Shown here piece after piece: positions 18,607 through 28,781 of a DNA stretch of 64,000 nucleotides. Every line of letters begins with the position of its first letter. Position 1 is the stretch's first letter. The notes beneath the pieces were generated by a model. The model made no database searches. It had not been told where the DNA came from and saw only the letters and a list, made by a program, of their open reading frames with translations. This stretch comes from Escherichia phage ekra: the sequence record MN850644.1. One strand, 5' to 3'. Made by a program: the position numbers and the translations under genes.

Positions 18607-18813
18607 ATGGAAGTCCTAGTAAACTATATCTATTGTTATGATGTTGTTCACTCTACTACAACGGTAGCTCAACGTAACCCAATCGTCCCACGAGAAGGTG
18701 AGTTGGTTCGCATTGATGGTTGGACTTACACTGTGGAAAGCATCATTCATAAGTTTGATGTTGCTGGTGATGTTCAAGTTATTGACGTAGAAATTGGTGG
18801 CAAGAGGAAATGA
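18607..18813 (+). CDS. hypothetical small protein
   Basis: ORF 18508..18813, likely start at internal ATG 18607 (MEVLVNY) after GAGGGT. Confidence 0.3.
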   Translation: MEVLVNYIYCYDVVHSTTTVAQRNPIVPREGELVRIDGWTYTVESIIHKFDVAGDVQVIDVEIGGKRK

Positions 18814-19001
18814 ACAAAGAAGATAAGCATAAAAATGCTGTACGGACTCCTGATGGAAAGATTCAGTCCTTCGTCCTGACAGTTGGTGGAAAGCCATTTC
18901 GTTGCCACTGCGGAGCAAACTGTTTTCATAAACCAGATAAAAATGACTTAGAGCTTTACGCATGTAATGCTTGCAATACTTGGTATCACTCAGAGGAATA
19001 A
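18810..19001 (+). CDS. small zinc-ribbon protein
   Basis: 63-aa ORF with CHCGANC...CNACNTW Cys pairs. Confidence 0.35.
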   Translation: MNKEDKHKNAVRTPDGKIQSFVLTVGGKPFRCHCGANCFHKPDKNDLELYACNACNTWYHSEE

Positions 19002-19003
19002 AA

Positions 19004-20107
19004 ATGACAATCCTATACAAACAAAATAAAGATGGCTCTTTCAACGTCTGGTCATGCGTTGCTGTAGGTGACAAAGTTATTACAACCTATGGTAAAGAAA
19101 ATGGCAAGATGATGTTTGAAGAGTACACAGCAGAACCGAAAAACATCGGTAAAAAGAATGAGCGTAACGCTGAACAGCAAGCTCTCTTTGAAGTTGCTGC
19201 TAAGTATAAAAAGCAAGTTGACCGTAAAGGCTACGCTTACACAAAAGAGTCTGCAAAGAATACTGAGAAAGTAGGTGTACAACTTGCTCATGATGCTGCA
19301 AAGGTTAGTCATGCAAAGTATCTGAAGTTCCCTGCTGATGCTCAACCAAAACTTGATGGTGTACGTTGTAGAATTTCAAGACACTTAAGTATTGGCAGTG
19401 TATTTACAGCATATTCTCGTGAGAATACTGTTTACAAAATCCCTACTGAACTAATACCTGACATTATGGCAATGTTAAGGCTCCACAAAGATGTTGATGA
19501 ATTTGATGGAGAGATTTATGCTCATGGGTGGGACTTAGAAGATATTGTCTCCATGATTAAAAATGAAGACAATCCTGACAGACACTTACTTAAGTTCTAC
19601 TGGTATGATATCTGTGACAGTACTAAAACGTGGCCTGAGCGTAGAGATATTATTGAGACTTCACCATTGAATGACTTTAGAGACGGCTGTAAAGTTGTCC
19701 CTGTTAAATCTCGTCGTGTAAATTCTTGGGAAGAGTTTGATGAAGCTCATGATAAGTGGGTTGAAGCTAAGTTTGAAGGTGCAATGTACCGTTCAATCTC
19801 TGAAGAATCTTTCTACGAGTGTTGTCACCGTTCATACTTCTTGATTAAGCACAAGAAGATGCACACTGAAGAGTTTAAAGTGACTGGTGTAAAGACCGAT
19901 AAACGTGGTCATGGTAAGTTCGTTGTAGAGACTCTTCCTAACGTCTTTGTAGATGTTTCATGGAAGACTACTCACGAGAAGAAACAGTATCTTGCTGAAC
20001 ACCCTGAAGAGTTTATCGGGAAACCTTTAACGGTTCAGTTCCAGAAGATGACTCGTAAGGGGTCTTTACAGTTCCCTGTAGGGCTAGTTATTAGGGATTA
20101 TGAATAA
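19004..20107 (+). CDS. ATP-dependent DNA ligase
   Basis: ORF 18971..20107; adenylation motif I PKLDGVRC (KxDG), size ~368 aa typical of minimal phage ligases; start at ATG 19004 with GAGGA RBS. Confidence 0.75.
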   Translation: MTILYKQNKDGSFNVWSCVAVGDKVITTYGKENGKMMFEEYTAEPKNIGKKNERNAEQQALFEVAAKYKKQVDRKGYAYTKESAKNTEKVGVQLAHDAAKVSHAKYLKFPADAQPKLDGVRCRISRHLSIGSVFTAYSRENTVYKIPTELIPDIMAMLRLHKDVDEFDGEIYAHGWDLEDIVSMIKNEDNPDRHLLKFYWYDICDSTKTWPERRDIIETSPLNDFRDGCKVVPVKSRRVNSWEEFDEAHDKWVEAKFEGAMYRSISEESFYECCHRSYFLIKHKKMHTEEFKVTGVKTDKRGHGKFVVETLPNVFVDVSWKTTHEKKQYLAEHPEEFIGKPLTVQFQKMTRKGSLQFPVGLVIRDYE

Positions 20108-20110
20108 ACT

Positions 20111-20257
20111 ATGTTCAGTACAGTCATTCTGTTTATACTGGTTGTCTTTGTATTGTCATACGTTGCAAGTAAGCTTTTGGACACATCTTTTGCAATGGGT
20201 GTCTTGTTTACAATCTTTTGTTTCGTGACACATATAGCTATCAGAACTTTTTTATAA
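20111..20257 (+). CDS. small transmembrane protein (48 aa), tentative
   Basis: Hand-read plus-strand ORF MFSTVILFILVVFVLSYVASKLL...; preferred over the antisense 76-aa ORF 20098..20328 because flanking genes are plus-strand. Confidence 0.25.
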   Translation: MFSTVILFILVVFVLSYVASKLLDTSFAMGVLFTIFCFVTHIAIRTFL

Positions 20258-20324
20258 AAAGTTGTTGACATAGAAAATTTGGTGAGTATACTGAGCAGCA
20301 TAAACCAACGGGTACTCACCAACA

Positions 20325-20650
20325 TCACTTAAGAGTCTTTGAAAAGGGTTTTTTAAGTGATGTGGGGCGAGGCTCGGTGAGGTGGGGTAAGGCATAGTGC
20401 GGTGCTGTTTGGTATGGGTAGTTAGTCTCAGCTACATTAAAATGAGACTTACCTTTTTAAAAGGTCTTTAAACAGGGTCTTTTAATAAGGTTGTGTGATG
20501 TGATGTATGGTGCTGTGGAGTTTGGTTAGGTCCGGTCAGGTATGGTATGGTGATGTGAGGTATGGGTGGATGGTAGTAGCCACGTTAAAAATCTACCAAG
20601 TTTCTAAAGAGTCTTCTGTTGAGGGTTCTTTACAAACAACTTAACAATCA
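20325..20650 (+). repeat. composite repeat cluster A: two full units plus one degenerate box (GGTCTTT double box + (GGTNN)n pentanucleotide tract + hairpin)
   Basis: Box AAGAGTCTTTGAAAAGGGTTTTTTAA at 20329, GT-rich tract with 5-nt phase 20355..20420, hairpin AGTCTCA-12nt-TGAGACT 20424..20449; second unit 20453..20598 (box TTTTTAAAAGGTCTTTAAACAGGGTCTTTTAA, tract, hairpin TGGTAG...CTACCA). Confidence 0.8.
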
Positions 20651-20655
20651 ACTAA

Positions 20656-21261
<606 letters not shown>

Positions 21262-21263
21262 TT

Positions 21264-21704
21264 ATGAATACGAAAGCATTAGCAGCAAAGTTTAGTTACG
21301 GTGACACTGTATCACATTCTGAGATGGACACCTTCTTAGGTATTGTGAAGCCAACTTATCAAGGTGACATTGTTAAGTACGAAGATGAAATGAAGGCTTA
21401 TGCGCTTACACGTCTAAACCGACTTGAGAAGTTTATTGAGAAGCTTCTTAAAGAAGAGAAGATTTATCTGGTTGCTTCAATGGGTGTTGGTTATCGTGTG
21501 GTTGAACCTAAGCATCAAGCAACTATTGCAAAACGAAAAATGTCTGGTAAAATTGGTCGTGCTTTAAAGCAAGCCACTCAAGCGATTGAGAATGTGAACA
21601 CTATGGCACTTAGCCATCAAGAACGCTCACGACTAATTGAACAGCAAAACCATTTAGCTGCTATGAAAGCTAACATTAACAAGCAACGTAGAAAACCTTT
21701 CTAA
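21264..21704 (+). CDS. hypothetical protein flanked by repeat clusters
   Basis: 146-aa ORF, basic C-terminus (NKQRRKPF). Confidence 0.45.
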   Translation: MNTKALAAKFSYGDTVSHSEMDTFLGIVKPTYQGDIVKYEDEMKAYALTRLNRLEKFIEKLLKEEKIYLVASMGVGYRVVEPKHQATIAKRKMSGKIGRALKQATQAIENVNTMALSHQERSRLIEQQNHLAAMKANINKQRRKPF

Positions 21705-21715
21705 GTTAACTAGGT

Positions 21716-21738
21716 AGCCTCTTCGGAGGCTCCTTTTT
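21716..21738 (+). terminator. rho-independent terminator (AGCCTC-TTCG-GAGGCT + T-run)
   Basis: Perfect 6-bp stem, tetraloop, followed by CCTTTTTAAAA. Confidence 0.55.
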
Positions 21739-22135
21739 AAAAGGTCTTTAAGAGGGTCTTTTAACAAGGTGCTGCGAGGTGGGGTCGGGTCAGGTACGGT
21801 CTTGTAAGGTCAGGTTAGGTAAAGTGAGGTATGGGTAGTTAATCGGAGCTACATAAAAATTCGATTACATCACTTAAGAGTCTTTTAAAAGGGTTTTTAA
21901 GTGAAGTATGGTATGGCATGGCGCGGTGAGGTCGGGTGCGGTCAGGTCAGGTGAGGTTCGGTATGGGTAGTTAGTCTCAGCTACATTAAAATGAGACTTA
22001 CCTTTTTAAAAGGTCTTTAAGAGGGTCTTTTAATAAGGTATTGTATGGTGTAGTTTGGTTAGGTATGGTTGGGTGTGGTAAGGTAGGGTATGGAAGGATG
22101 GCAGTAGCCTTATAAAAAATCTGCCAAATAAGCTA
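21730..22135 (+). repeat. composite repeat cluster B: three units of the same GGTCTTT box + (GGTNN)n tract + hairpin
   Basis: Units at about 21732..21870, 21871..22002, 22003..22127; hairpins AATCGGA...TTCGATT (21841..21866), AGTCTCA...TGAGACT (21973..21998), TGGCAG...CTGCCA (22099..22126) show compensatory changes relative to cluster A. Confidence 0.8.
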
Positions 22136-22217
22136 TAAAATCTGTTGACAAGTCAGGTGTTATAGCTTATTTTTATACTCAATGTAATACAAAATTTAAT
22201 ATAACTTTGAGGTCATT

Positions 22218-22601
22218 ATGAAAAAGGTTTTATTAGCTGCTGCAATGGTTATGGCAATGAATTTACCAGTTAATGCAACAGAACTTCCAAATGTGGACTT
22301 ATCAGGTGTTCCAGAAGACACTTGCCAGATTGTTAAAGGTGTTGCTCTAGCTAATGGTGAGCTACTTAAACCAATCTCTGAAGAGTCTTTGACAGAGATG
22401 ACTGATAAAGTAACTGACTATCAGTATCGTGTTCTTGCAGAGTATTTCCTGCAATCTGCAAACATTAAAGAGAAGCACCATGAAGATATTGATGTACAGG
22501 CTATGCTAAATCATCGTATCCAGTTTAAAGAAGATTTGATGCAAAAAGCTATGTATGGTGTTGAATATTTCTTAGAAAACAGAAGCTGCACAGGTATTTG
22601 A
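22218..22601 (+). CDS. secreted/periplasmic protein (signal peptide)
   Basis: 127-aa ORF with N-terminal MKKVLLAAAMVMAMNLPVNA signal-peptide-like segment; AT-rich leader with TTGACA box upstream. Confidence 0.5.
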   Translation: MKKVLLAAAMVMAMNLPVNATELPNVDLSGVPEDTCQIVKGVALANGELLKPISEESLTEMTDKVTDYQYRVLAEYFLQSANIKEKHHEDIDVQAMLNHRIQFKEDLMQKAMYGVEYFLENRSCTGI

Positions 22602-22602
22602 T

Positions 22603-22815
22603 ATGGCTCTTAAAAAGTTACATCCCAGAAGCGGTTATGGTAAGATAATTGACGATACAGACGGCTTTACAGTCTTTACAGTCATCTGTCAAGATGATTC
22701 ACAGATTGAAAAGGCTCTTGACGATTATCTTAATGATGAACGTGAAAAGGTTAGGGCTACAAACATAGATTCATTAATTGACACTTCACGTAAACGGAAG
22801 AAGAAAGATGAATGA
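22603..22815 (+). CDS. hypothetical small protein
   Basis: 70-aa ORF, ATGA overlap with next gene. Confidence 0.35.
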   Translation: MALKKLHPRSGYGKIIDDTDGFTVFTVICQDDSQIEKALDDYLNDEREKVRATNIDSLIDTSRKRKKKDE

Positions 22816-23107
22816 AGTTTTTGACCCTTATGCTCCACAAGATGATTGGGAGGCTGACAGAGAGGCTGAAATGGAGAGTTATGTTTGTCCAATGGATGTA
22901 GACGAAATGAGAGACTTCGTTGCACATCGTTTTAAGAGAGAGATTAAATCCAGAGGTCTTTCTCAAGAGCAAGTTGCTAAAATTTGTGGTATCTCTCAGG
23001 CTCGTGTATCCAACATAATCCACCTCACTGGGAATGTTTCCCTTGAGTATATGTTGGAAGTATGTGAAAAATTTGGTGTTAATTTTAATTTAAGGTTGGC
23101 AGATTAA
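22811..23107 (+). CDS. helix-turn-helix DNA-binding protein (XRE-like)
   Basis: ORF 22778..23107; C-terminal LSQEQVAKICGISQARVSNII resembles an HTH recognition motif; start at ATG 22811. Confidence 0.45.
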   Translation, partial: NEVFDPYAPQDDWEADREAEMESYVCPMDVDEMRDFVAHRFKREIKSRGLSQEQVAKICGISQARVSNIIHLTGNVSLEYMLEVCEKFGVNFNLRLAD

Positions 23108-23108
23108 T

Positions 23109-23468
23109 ATGAAACGTGAAAACATTATCCACTCTGAAAACTTCGCATTAGGCTTTTATGGCGTACCCACTCACCTTGAAAAGTATTATGGTGTGAAGAT
23201 TCTCTCCAATCTCATTATGGCTTACAAAGATGGTAAGATTAAGCATACTGAGAAGAAACGTGTCATGGGCTATATGGCTGTAGGCTCAGCAATCTCGAAC
23301 ATTAAGCTGGAGACAACTAGCAGTCAGATTGTGAAAGACCACTTCATCAAAGAGCTTTACCAGAATCTTGATGGTGTGGATGTTCAGGCTGTTTGGCTGG
23401 ATGTTGATGGTCATAACTACACGAGTTTTGTTTTCAAAAACGATGACATTAAGTGTCTGTTCCCATAA
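23109..23468 (+). CDS. hypothetical protein
   Basis: 119-aa ORF. Confidence 0.4.
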   Translation: MKRENIIHSENFALGFYGVPTHLEKYYGVKILSNLIMAYKDGKIKHTEKKRVMGYMAVGSAISNIKLETTSSQIVKDHFIKELYQNLDGVDVQAVWLDVDGHNYTSFVFKNDDIKCLFP

Positions 23469-23481
23469 TAGGTGATTAACT

Positions 23482-23997
23482 ATGATTGATGTCTACTTAC
23501 AAGATGCTCATGCAGATTTCCTTAAAGAGATGCTTAAAAAGTTTATGGCTTCACAGTATGAGAATGAAGCATCTTTTAAAATAGTTACATGTGGCGACGA
23601 AGCTGGTTTTGTTGAGATTGAACATGAAGGTACTGGAAAGATTGTTTGTAAGCTACCTGATAGTATGTTCTCTAAAACGTTCTTAACAAAGACTAGTATA
23701 AATGTTAAACTTGTACCACAGATTGAAACATACTCTGGTACAGATTACCCTAAAGGTTTCAAGTCACTGATGAAACACTTCTTAGATGACTTTGTGAGTA
23801 ATCTTCTAAGTGAGGTAACAGAAAGCCGTACAATATTAACTGTAGAGAATCTAGGGAACACTATCAGGGTTACTTCTGACCGATATTCTATGAGTCTCTT
23901 CGACTTTGTACCTAAGAACTTTGATGGTATTCTGGATGAAGAAGATGACTGTGTAGACTTTATATTGGTTCTTGAACCAGTTTTTGAGGTTAAATAG
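23482..23997 (+). CDS. hypothetical protein
   Basis: 171-aa ORF. Confidence 0.4.
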   Translation: MIDVYLQDAHADFLKEMLKKFMASQYENEASFKIVTCGDEAGFVEIEHEGTGKIVCKLPDSMFSKTFLTKTSINVKLVPQIETYSGTDYPKGFKSLMKHFLDDFVSNLLSEVTESRTILTVENLGNTIRVTSDRYSMSLFDFVPKNFDGILDEEDDCVDFILVLEPVFEVK

Positions 23998-24258
23998 ATG
24001 AAAATTGAACACTGCTATGAGTCTGATGGAACACCTATCCGTTGTCCACATTGTGGGTGTACAGACTTACAAGGTGAGGTAAGTGAAATAGTCAACGGTC
24101 ATATTGCTGAAGAAAGTACCCGATGCACAGTGTGTAATGAAATTATCGCTTTCTGGGCTTATGGTTCATACCAACCCTCTCCACATTTTATCTACCATCG
24201 TAGTAAAGTTGTGAAGAGTGTCATCAACTGGTTCATTAAGAAAGGGTTTACAAAATGA
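23998..24258 (+). CDS. small zinc-ribbon protein
   Basis: 86-aa ORF with CPHCGC...CTVC motif. Confidence 0.35.
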   Translation: MKIEHCYESDGTPIRCPHCGCTDLQGEVSEIVNGHIAEESTRCTVCNEIIAFWAYGSYQPSPHFIYHRSKVVKSVINWFIKKGFTK

Positions 24259-24800
24259 TTAAACTAATATTTGCAAGTGGTGAAAACGGTGAATTTGGTA
24301 CTCCAACTGGTATGCCGTGGCCTCGACATAAACAGGACATGCAAGAGTTTAAGAGACTCACTAAAAATAACTTAGTAGTTATGGGTAATGAGACTTTTAA
24401 GACTCTGGGTAGTAAACCTTTACCAGAACGTGCAAACCTCGTCTTAACAAATTCTGTACCATACTTAGGCATAGACTTTGGCAAAGATGATGTAATGTAT
24501 GCTAAAGCCAGTAAAGAGTCATTTGGAGCATTTTTGAAGTATCTTGATAGCTCTATTGGTGAAGATGTCTTTGTAATTGGTGGTGCAGGTATCCTTGTCA
24601 ATGCTTTACCGTATGCTAGTGTGGTGTTCCATACTGTTTTCCATAAAGTAACTGAAGAGGCCACTGTGCATTTACCTTTTGAAAACTTCTTCGATAAGTT
24701 GTATGATAGCCGTGTATTTGCAAAGGTGCAGTCAAGACCCTCAGATGATGGTAAAGCAACCTTTGAAATTTATGTTCCACAAGTAAAAGGACACTTTTGA
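24255..24800 (+). CDS. folA: dihydrofolate reductase
   Basis: 181-aa ORF; N-terminal IFASGENGEFGTPTGMPW and VVMGNETFKTLG match DHFR substrate/NADPH-binding signature; immediately upstream of thymidylate synthase. Confidence 0.8.
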   Translation: MIKLIFASGENGEFGTPTGMPWPRHKQDMQEFKRLTKNNLVVMGNETFKTLGSKPLPERANLVLTNSVPYLGIDFGKDDVMYAKASKESFGAFLKYLDSSIGEDVFVIGGAGILVNALPYASVVFHTVFHKVTEEATVHLPFENFFDKLYDSRVFAKVQSRPSDDGKATFEIYVPQVKGHF

Positions 24801-24801
24801 T

Positions 24802-25701
24802 ATGTCACAAGCAGATTCAAGTTACAAAAATATCCTGAACCATGTTTTATCCGTTGGTGAACTGCGTACTACACGAACTGGAGATGTTATCTCTGCTTTT
24901 GCTCCACCTAAGTTTCGTTTTGATATGCGTACTGGTTTCCCACTCTTAACATCTAAACAGGTGTTTACACGGCAAGTTATTGGGGAAGCTTTATGGTTCC
25001 TGAATGGTGAGAATAAACTTGGTGAACTCCGTTATCGTACTTGGGGTGAAAATGATGGGGAGCGTTGGACTATCTGGTCAGATGATTTTAAACGCTGGTT
25101 AAGCTCTAATTATTCTTCTGAACAAGATTGGTTAGAAGATGCAGGTGGGAGAATCTACGGGGTTCAGTGGAGAAACTTTGAAGGTCATAATGGTTGTGTT
25201 GTAGACCAGTTAGAGACCTTAGTAACAAAGATGAAAGGTGATATCACAGACCGCTACATGCTTGTTAATGCTTGGAATGCAGCAGATATTGCAGCAAACT
25301 CGATGGCTTTAGCACCTTGTCATGTTCTGTTTCAGATTTATATCACCAACGAAGGTGAAGTTGACTTACAATGGTATCAACGTTCTGTAGACACCTTTTT
25401 AGGACTTCCATTTAATATTGCGTCTTATGGTTTTATTCTGGAAGTTCTTTGTAAGATGACTGGATACACTCCACGATACTTGATAGGTGTCTTTGGAGAT
25501 ACTCAGATTTATCAGAACCATATGAAGCAGGTTTATGAACTGATGAACAATGAAGAGTTCCATGCACCTACTTTTGAGATTGGTGTGCAGCTTAACACTC
25601 TAAGTGATTTAAAACACCTTACTGCAAGTGATTTTATTGGTGGCATTAACAACTACCAACATGCAGGGAAGATTGAAGCACCTCTGTCAGTAGGTAAGTA
25701 A
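24802..25701 (+). CDS. thyA: thymidylate synthase
   Basis: 299-aa ORF; active-site region ALAPCHVLFQIY with catalytic Cys, RSVDTFLGLPFNIASY motif. Confidence 0.85.
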   Translation: MSQADSSYKNILNHVLSVGELRTTRTGDVISAFAPPKFRFDMRTGFPLLTSKQVFTRQVIGEALWFLNGENKLGELRYRTWGENDGERWTIWSDDFKRWLSSNYSSEQDWLEDAGGRIYGVQWRNFEGHNGCVVDQLETLVTKMKGDITDRYMLVNAWNAADIAANSMALAPCHVLFQIYITNEGEVDLQWYQRSVDTFLGLPFNIASYGFILEVLCKMTGYTPRYLIGVFGDTQIYQNHMKQVYELMNNEEFHAPTFEIGVQLNTLSDLKHLTASDFIGGINNYQHAGKIEAPLSVGK

Positions 25702-25702
25702 A

Positions 25703-25730
25703 ACAAAAAAGGCTCCCGTAAAAAGGAGCC
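25703..25730. terminator. hairpin GGCTCC-CGTAAAAA-GGAGCC between convergent genes (terminator for minus-strand gene, possibly bidirectional)
   Basis: 6-bp GC stem at 25711..25730; T-run in minus sense (rc of AAACAAAAAA). Confidence 0.5.
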
Positions 25731-25737
25731 TTAAACT

Positions 25738-26109
25738 TTATTTTTCAGTATTCTTTGTGTTCTTTTCAGTAATAGCTTGGAGGGCTGATACTGATTGAGC
25801 CAGATTGTTCACACTGTCAGAGAATTTATCAAGAGTTTTGGTAAGTTTTGCGTTTTCACCCTTAACATTCTCTAACTGAACTTTCTGGTTCTCCATCCCT
25901 AGCTGAACCAATCTCATGTCAGACTGTAAATCACGAATAGCTGAATAGTTACTTTTGGAATAATTATCTAGCTGCTGTAACTTTGTTGTGACAGACACTT
26001 CTTGTTTACCACTTGAAACTTGCATCGTGGTATACATCCCAATAACACTAAAAATACCAACTACAATTGCACCAATATTATTTTTAAAAGCTTCCTCTAG
26101 CCACTTCAT
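25738..26109 (-). CDS. membrane-anchored coiled-coil protein (i-spanin-like, tentative)
   Basis: 123-aa ORF: N-terminal TM helix IGAIVVGIFSVIGMYTT followed by Q/L/N-rich coiled-coil; adjacent small TM protein. Confidence 0.3.
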   Translation of the reverse strand: MKWLEEAFKNNIGAIVVGIFSVIGMYTTMQVSSGKQEVSVTTKLQQLDNYSKSNYSAIRDLQSDMRLVQLGMENQKVQLENVKGENAKLTKTLDKFSDSVNNLAQSVSALQAITEKNTKNTEK

Positions 26110-26304
26110 TTATTTCTCCCCCTTAAAAGCTTTTTCTAAGTTATCTACGAACTCATCATCAATAGGTGTGTCTGTTTTACTCGCAAGGTATCTTGCAAGC
26201 TTAAAGAACACTTTCTCAATCATGTATTCACTTAGAAGGGATAAAATGAGTTTCCAGAAGAAGCTACCTAGATTTTTTAGAAGAATTGCTAGGATTGTAG
26301 GCAT
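26110..26304 (-). CDS. small transmembrane protein (holin-like, tentative)
   Basis: 64-aa ORF with one hydrophobic helix and charged C-terminus. Confidence 0.3.
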   Translation of the reverse strand: MPTILAILLKNLGSFFWKLILSLLSEYMIEKVFFKLARYLASKTDTPIDDEFVDNLEKAFKGEK

Positions 26305-26383
26305 TTAATCACCTCATCAGCCAAGATGGTGAGAATACCCATAAAGAATATTAACACCATCTTAACAATCAGTCAACAAGGGA

Positions 26384-28735
26384 TTAAGCAGTTCTCACCC
26401 AAGCCATTAACTTGTAGAACTGGTTAGTAACACTAAATGCTGAACCAGAACCTGTACCACCAGTGTTACCACTTACTGTATGTCTGTGAGCACCAATACC
26501 AACACTGTGAGCATGGTTACCAGCAGAAGCGGCAGTACCACTTACGGAGTGGGTGTGAGCACCGTTAGCATCGGTGTAACCCGGTCCTACACCAATACTA
26601 CCACCACCACCACCAGAGTAGTGTGTAGAGTTCTGACCAATCCACGAAATGGAATGGTTGTGGTTACCAGCAGATGAAGTAGAGCCACTTACAGAGTGAG
26701 TGTGAGCACCAGTCGTGTTAGTGTTTTTTGTTCCGTAGTCAAACGATGAGGTAGTCGCAGAAAAACTGTGCGTGTGCGAAGGTAAGTTACCAACAGCTAA
26801 CGTTACAGAATCTGAACCACCAGTTGTAGCAACATCTGAACCATTTGCTGCTGCAATTCTAATAGTCCTACCAACACCATTCTTCAGATACGTCCAAGTT
26901 AGGCCAGGCAGTGCTGTATTAGGGTTAACATTACTGTTAAACCACGTCACAATACCCACTGGATAGATTTTGTTAAGGTCTGTAGAGTCACTTACTGCCT
27001 GTGCAATCTTCTGGTCAGTTTCAGCTTTAGTGTATGCACCAAGCTCTGAAGGGGTTGGTTTCTGAGCCTCTGTGTAAACCTTAGACCACTTAGCCTCAAA
27101 ACCTTTACTGTCTACAGATGTTCTGTACCACATCCCACCATTTTTATACTGGAACTTTAGTTGCGCACAGGCAGTAGAAGAGGACACTCCCTGATACATT
27201 TGAAATACAAGTGATGTGTAATCACCATTTGGTGATGTTACATTATATAAGCCTGTTTTAGCGTTCCATGCCACACCATCTGCATTCTGCTCTGTAGCTT
27301 CTCCTGTAGAACCTGCAACCATGAATCTCTGATTAGCTGCTGACTGAGTGAAGTATCTAGCATCTAAGTTAGACCAATCAGAAGGTTTTACCTGTCCAGT
27401 AATCTGTAGAGATTTAGACAGAAGAATTTCGTCAGCTAAATCGAGTCTTGCACCAGTCAAGTAGTTATGGAAAGATGCAATACCAGAACCATTTGTCCCA
27501 CAACCGATAAACCACTTATTTGTGTTATCAGTATTCTTACCAACAATGTAAGAAGAATTATTCTGAGCCTTGTTGTAGATTCTTAATGCTTCACCATCAG
27601 ATTGAATATTCTGCTGTAAAGTGAATGTGTTAGCTTCATTCTTCTTAGCAAGATTTGCGTATGAACCGATAAGAACATAACGAGAGTCAATGTTAGTCCA
27701 GTCAGAAGGTTGAACTTGACCAGTTACAGTTAGTGTTTTATTGATATTAACACTTGTCCCTACAGTAATCTTGCCACTAGTTTTGTAGTTTCCTAGAGCT
27801 ACGTTATCACCTTTGTTACTATTACCAATGTACCATCTGTTGACACCTGTGCTATCAATCGCCTTAATGTACAATGGTTGTGCAGCATTGGCATTCTGTA
27901 GCCTAATTGCTTCACCATCTTTTTTGAAAACACTTAGTTGGTTGAATGTGTTTAAACCACTGAATGTGTTATTACCAACTAGCTGCGCAAATCTCTGATT
28001 AGCAACTGTCTGAGTAAAATATCTAGCATCTAAGTTAGAGAAGTCAGAAGGTTGTACTTGACCAGTGATTTGAATTGATTTATTCACAGAGATTAGGTTA
28101 GCTAAAATCGCTACGTATGCACCAGATTTAACGTTTTTTAAAACAAGGTTGTCTGTGCCTTTATTATCATTGCCTAGATACCATCTGTTAGTGCCATCTG
28201 CATCTTGACCACGAATATAGAGTGGCATCCCTTGTGTCAAATTCTTAAGAATTAACCCTTCATTGTTAGCAACAATAGTCTGAGTGGCTCTAAAGGTGTT
28301 ATTTACAGCCAGTCTTGCATATCTTGCATCATTCTCTTCATTAGTTCTCATCCCAAGTTCATTAGGGCTTGGCTTATTAAGAGTATGATAAACAGTTGCC
28401 GACCTTGAAGCATCTGCAATAGTTAGTTTAAGGTCATTTGCGTTGATTTTAAAAGTCTTTAAAACATCCCCAATAGTAATCTCAGAAGAGCCTGTTGGGT
28501 CAAAGATTGCCTTACCACCATAAAGTAACTTAACAATCCCTAAGTCACCCGTCATATTGCTACCAGCAATCTGAACAAATCTTTCGAGTTTGAAAGATGC
28601 TAAGAAGTCTTGATAAGTCATTCGACGGTCTTCATCACCAAGCATTTCAGGTCTCTTTTTAACCCTAACATGAAGAAGGTCATCTGAACGGATTGTATCG
28701 ATTGAGTTTAATTCACTCAACTTGTAATCTGCCAT
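26384..28735 (-). CDS. tail fiber protein with C-terminal His-x-His repeat domain
   Basis: 783-aa ORF; triplicated internal repeat ITGQV(Q/K)PSD(F/W)xN(L/I)D(A/S)RY; C-terminus with repeated AHTHS/GNHNHS/AHRHT motifs and terminal GSGSAFSV...WVRTA shared with ORF 28782..29930. Confidence 0.7.
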   Translation of the reverse strand: MADYKLSELNSIDTIRSDDLLHVRVKKRPEMLGDEDRRMTYQDFLASFKLERFVQIAGSNMTGDLGIVKLLYGGKAIFDPTGSSEITIGDVLKTFKINANDLKLTIADASRSATVYHTLNKPSPNELGMRTNEENDARYARLAVNNTFRATQTIVANNEGLILKNLTQGMPLYIRGQDADGTNRWYLGNDNKGTDNLVLKNVKSGAYVAILANLISVNKSIQITGQVQPSDFSNLDARYFTQTVANQRFAQLVGNNTFSGLNTFNQLSVFKKDGEAIRLQNANAAQPLYIKAIDSTGVNRWYIGNSNKGDNVALGNYKTSGKITVGTSVNINKTLTVTGQVQPSDWTNIDSRYVLIGSYANLAKKNEANTFTLQQNIQSDGEALRIYNKAQNNSSYIVGKNTDNTNKWFIGCGTNGSGIASFHNYLTGARLDLADEILLSKSLQITGQVKPSDWSNLDARYFTQSAANQRFMVAGSTGEATEQNADGVAWNAKTGLYNVTSPNGDYTSLVFQMYQGVSSSTACAQLKFQYKNGGMWYRTSVDSKGFEAKWSKVYTEAQKPTPSELGAYTKAETDQKIAQAVSDSTDLNKIYPVGIVTWFNSNVNPNTALPGLTWTYLKNGVGRTIRIAAANGSDVATTGGSDSVTLAVGNLPSHTHSFSATTSSFDYGTKNTNTTGAHTHSVSGSTSSAGNHNHSISWIGQNSTHYSGGGGGSIGVGPGYTDANGAHTHSVSGTAASAGNHAHSVGIGAHRHTVSGNTGGTGSGSAFSVTNQFYKLMAWVRTA

Positions 28736-28781
28736 TATAAATTTTCCTCTTAAAAGGGGCTATACAGCCCCTGTAAAGAAA

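Noticed and set aside
20098-20328. 76-aa minus-strand ORF
   Set aside because: Opposite to the local gene orientation and overlapping a plus-strand small TM ORF (20111..20257) with better context; neither is strongly supported.
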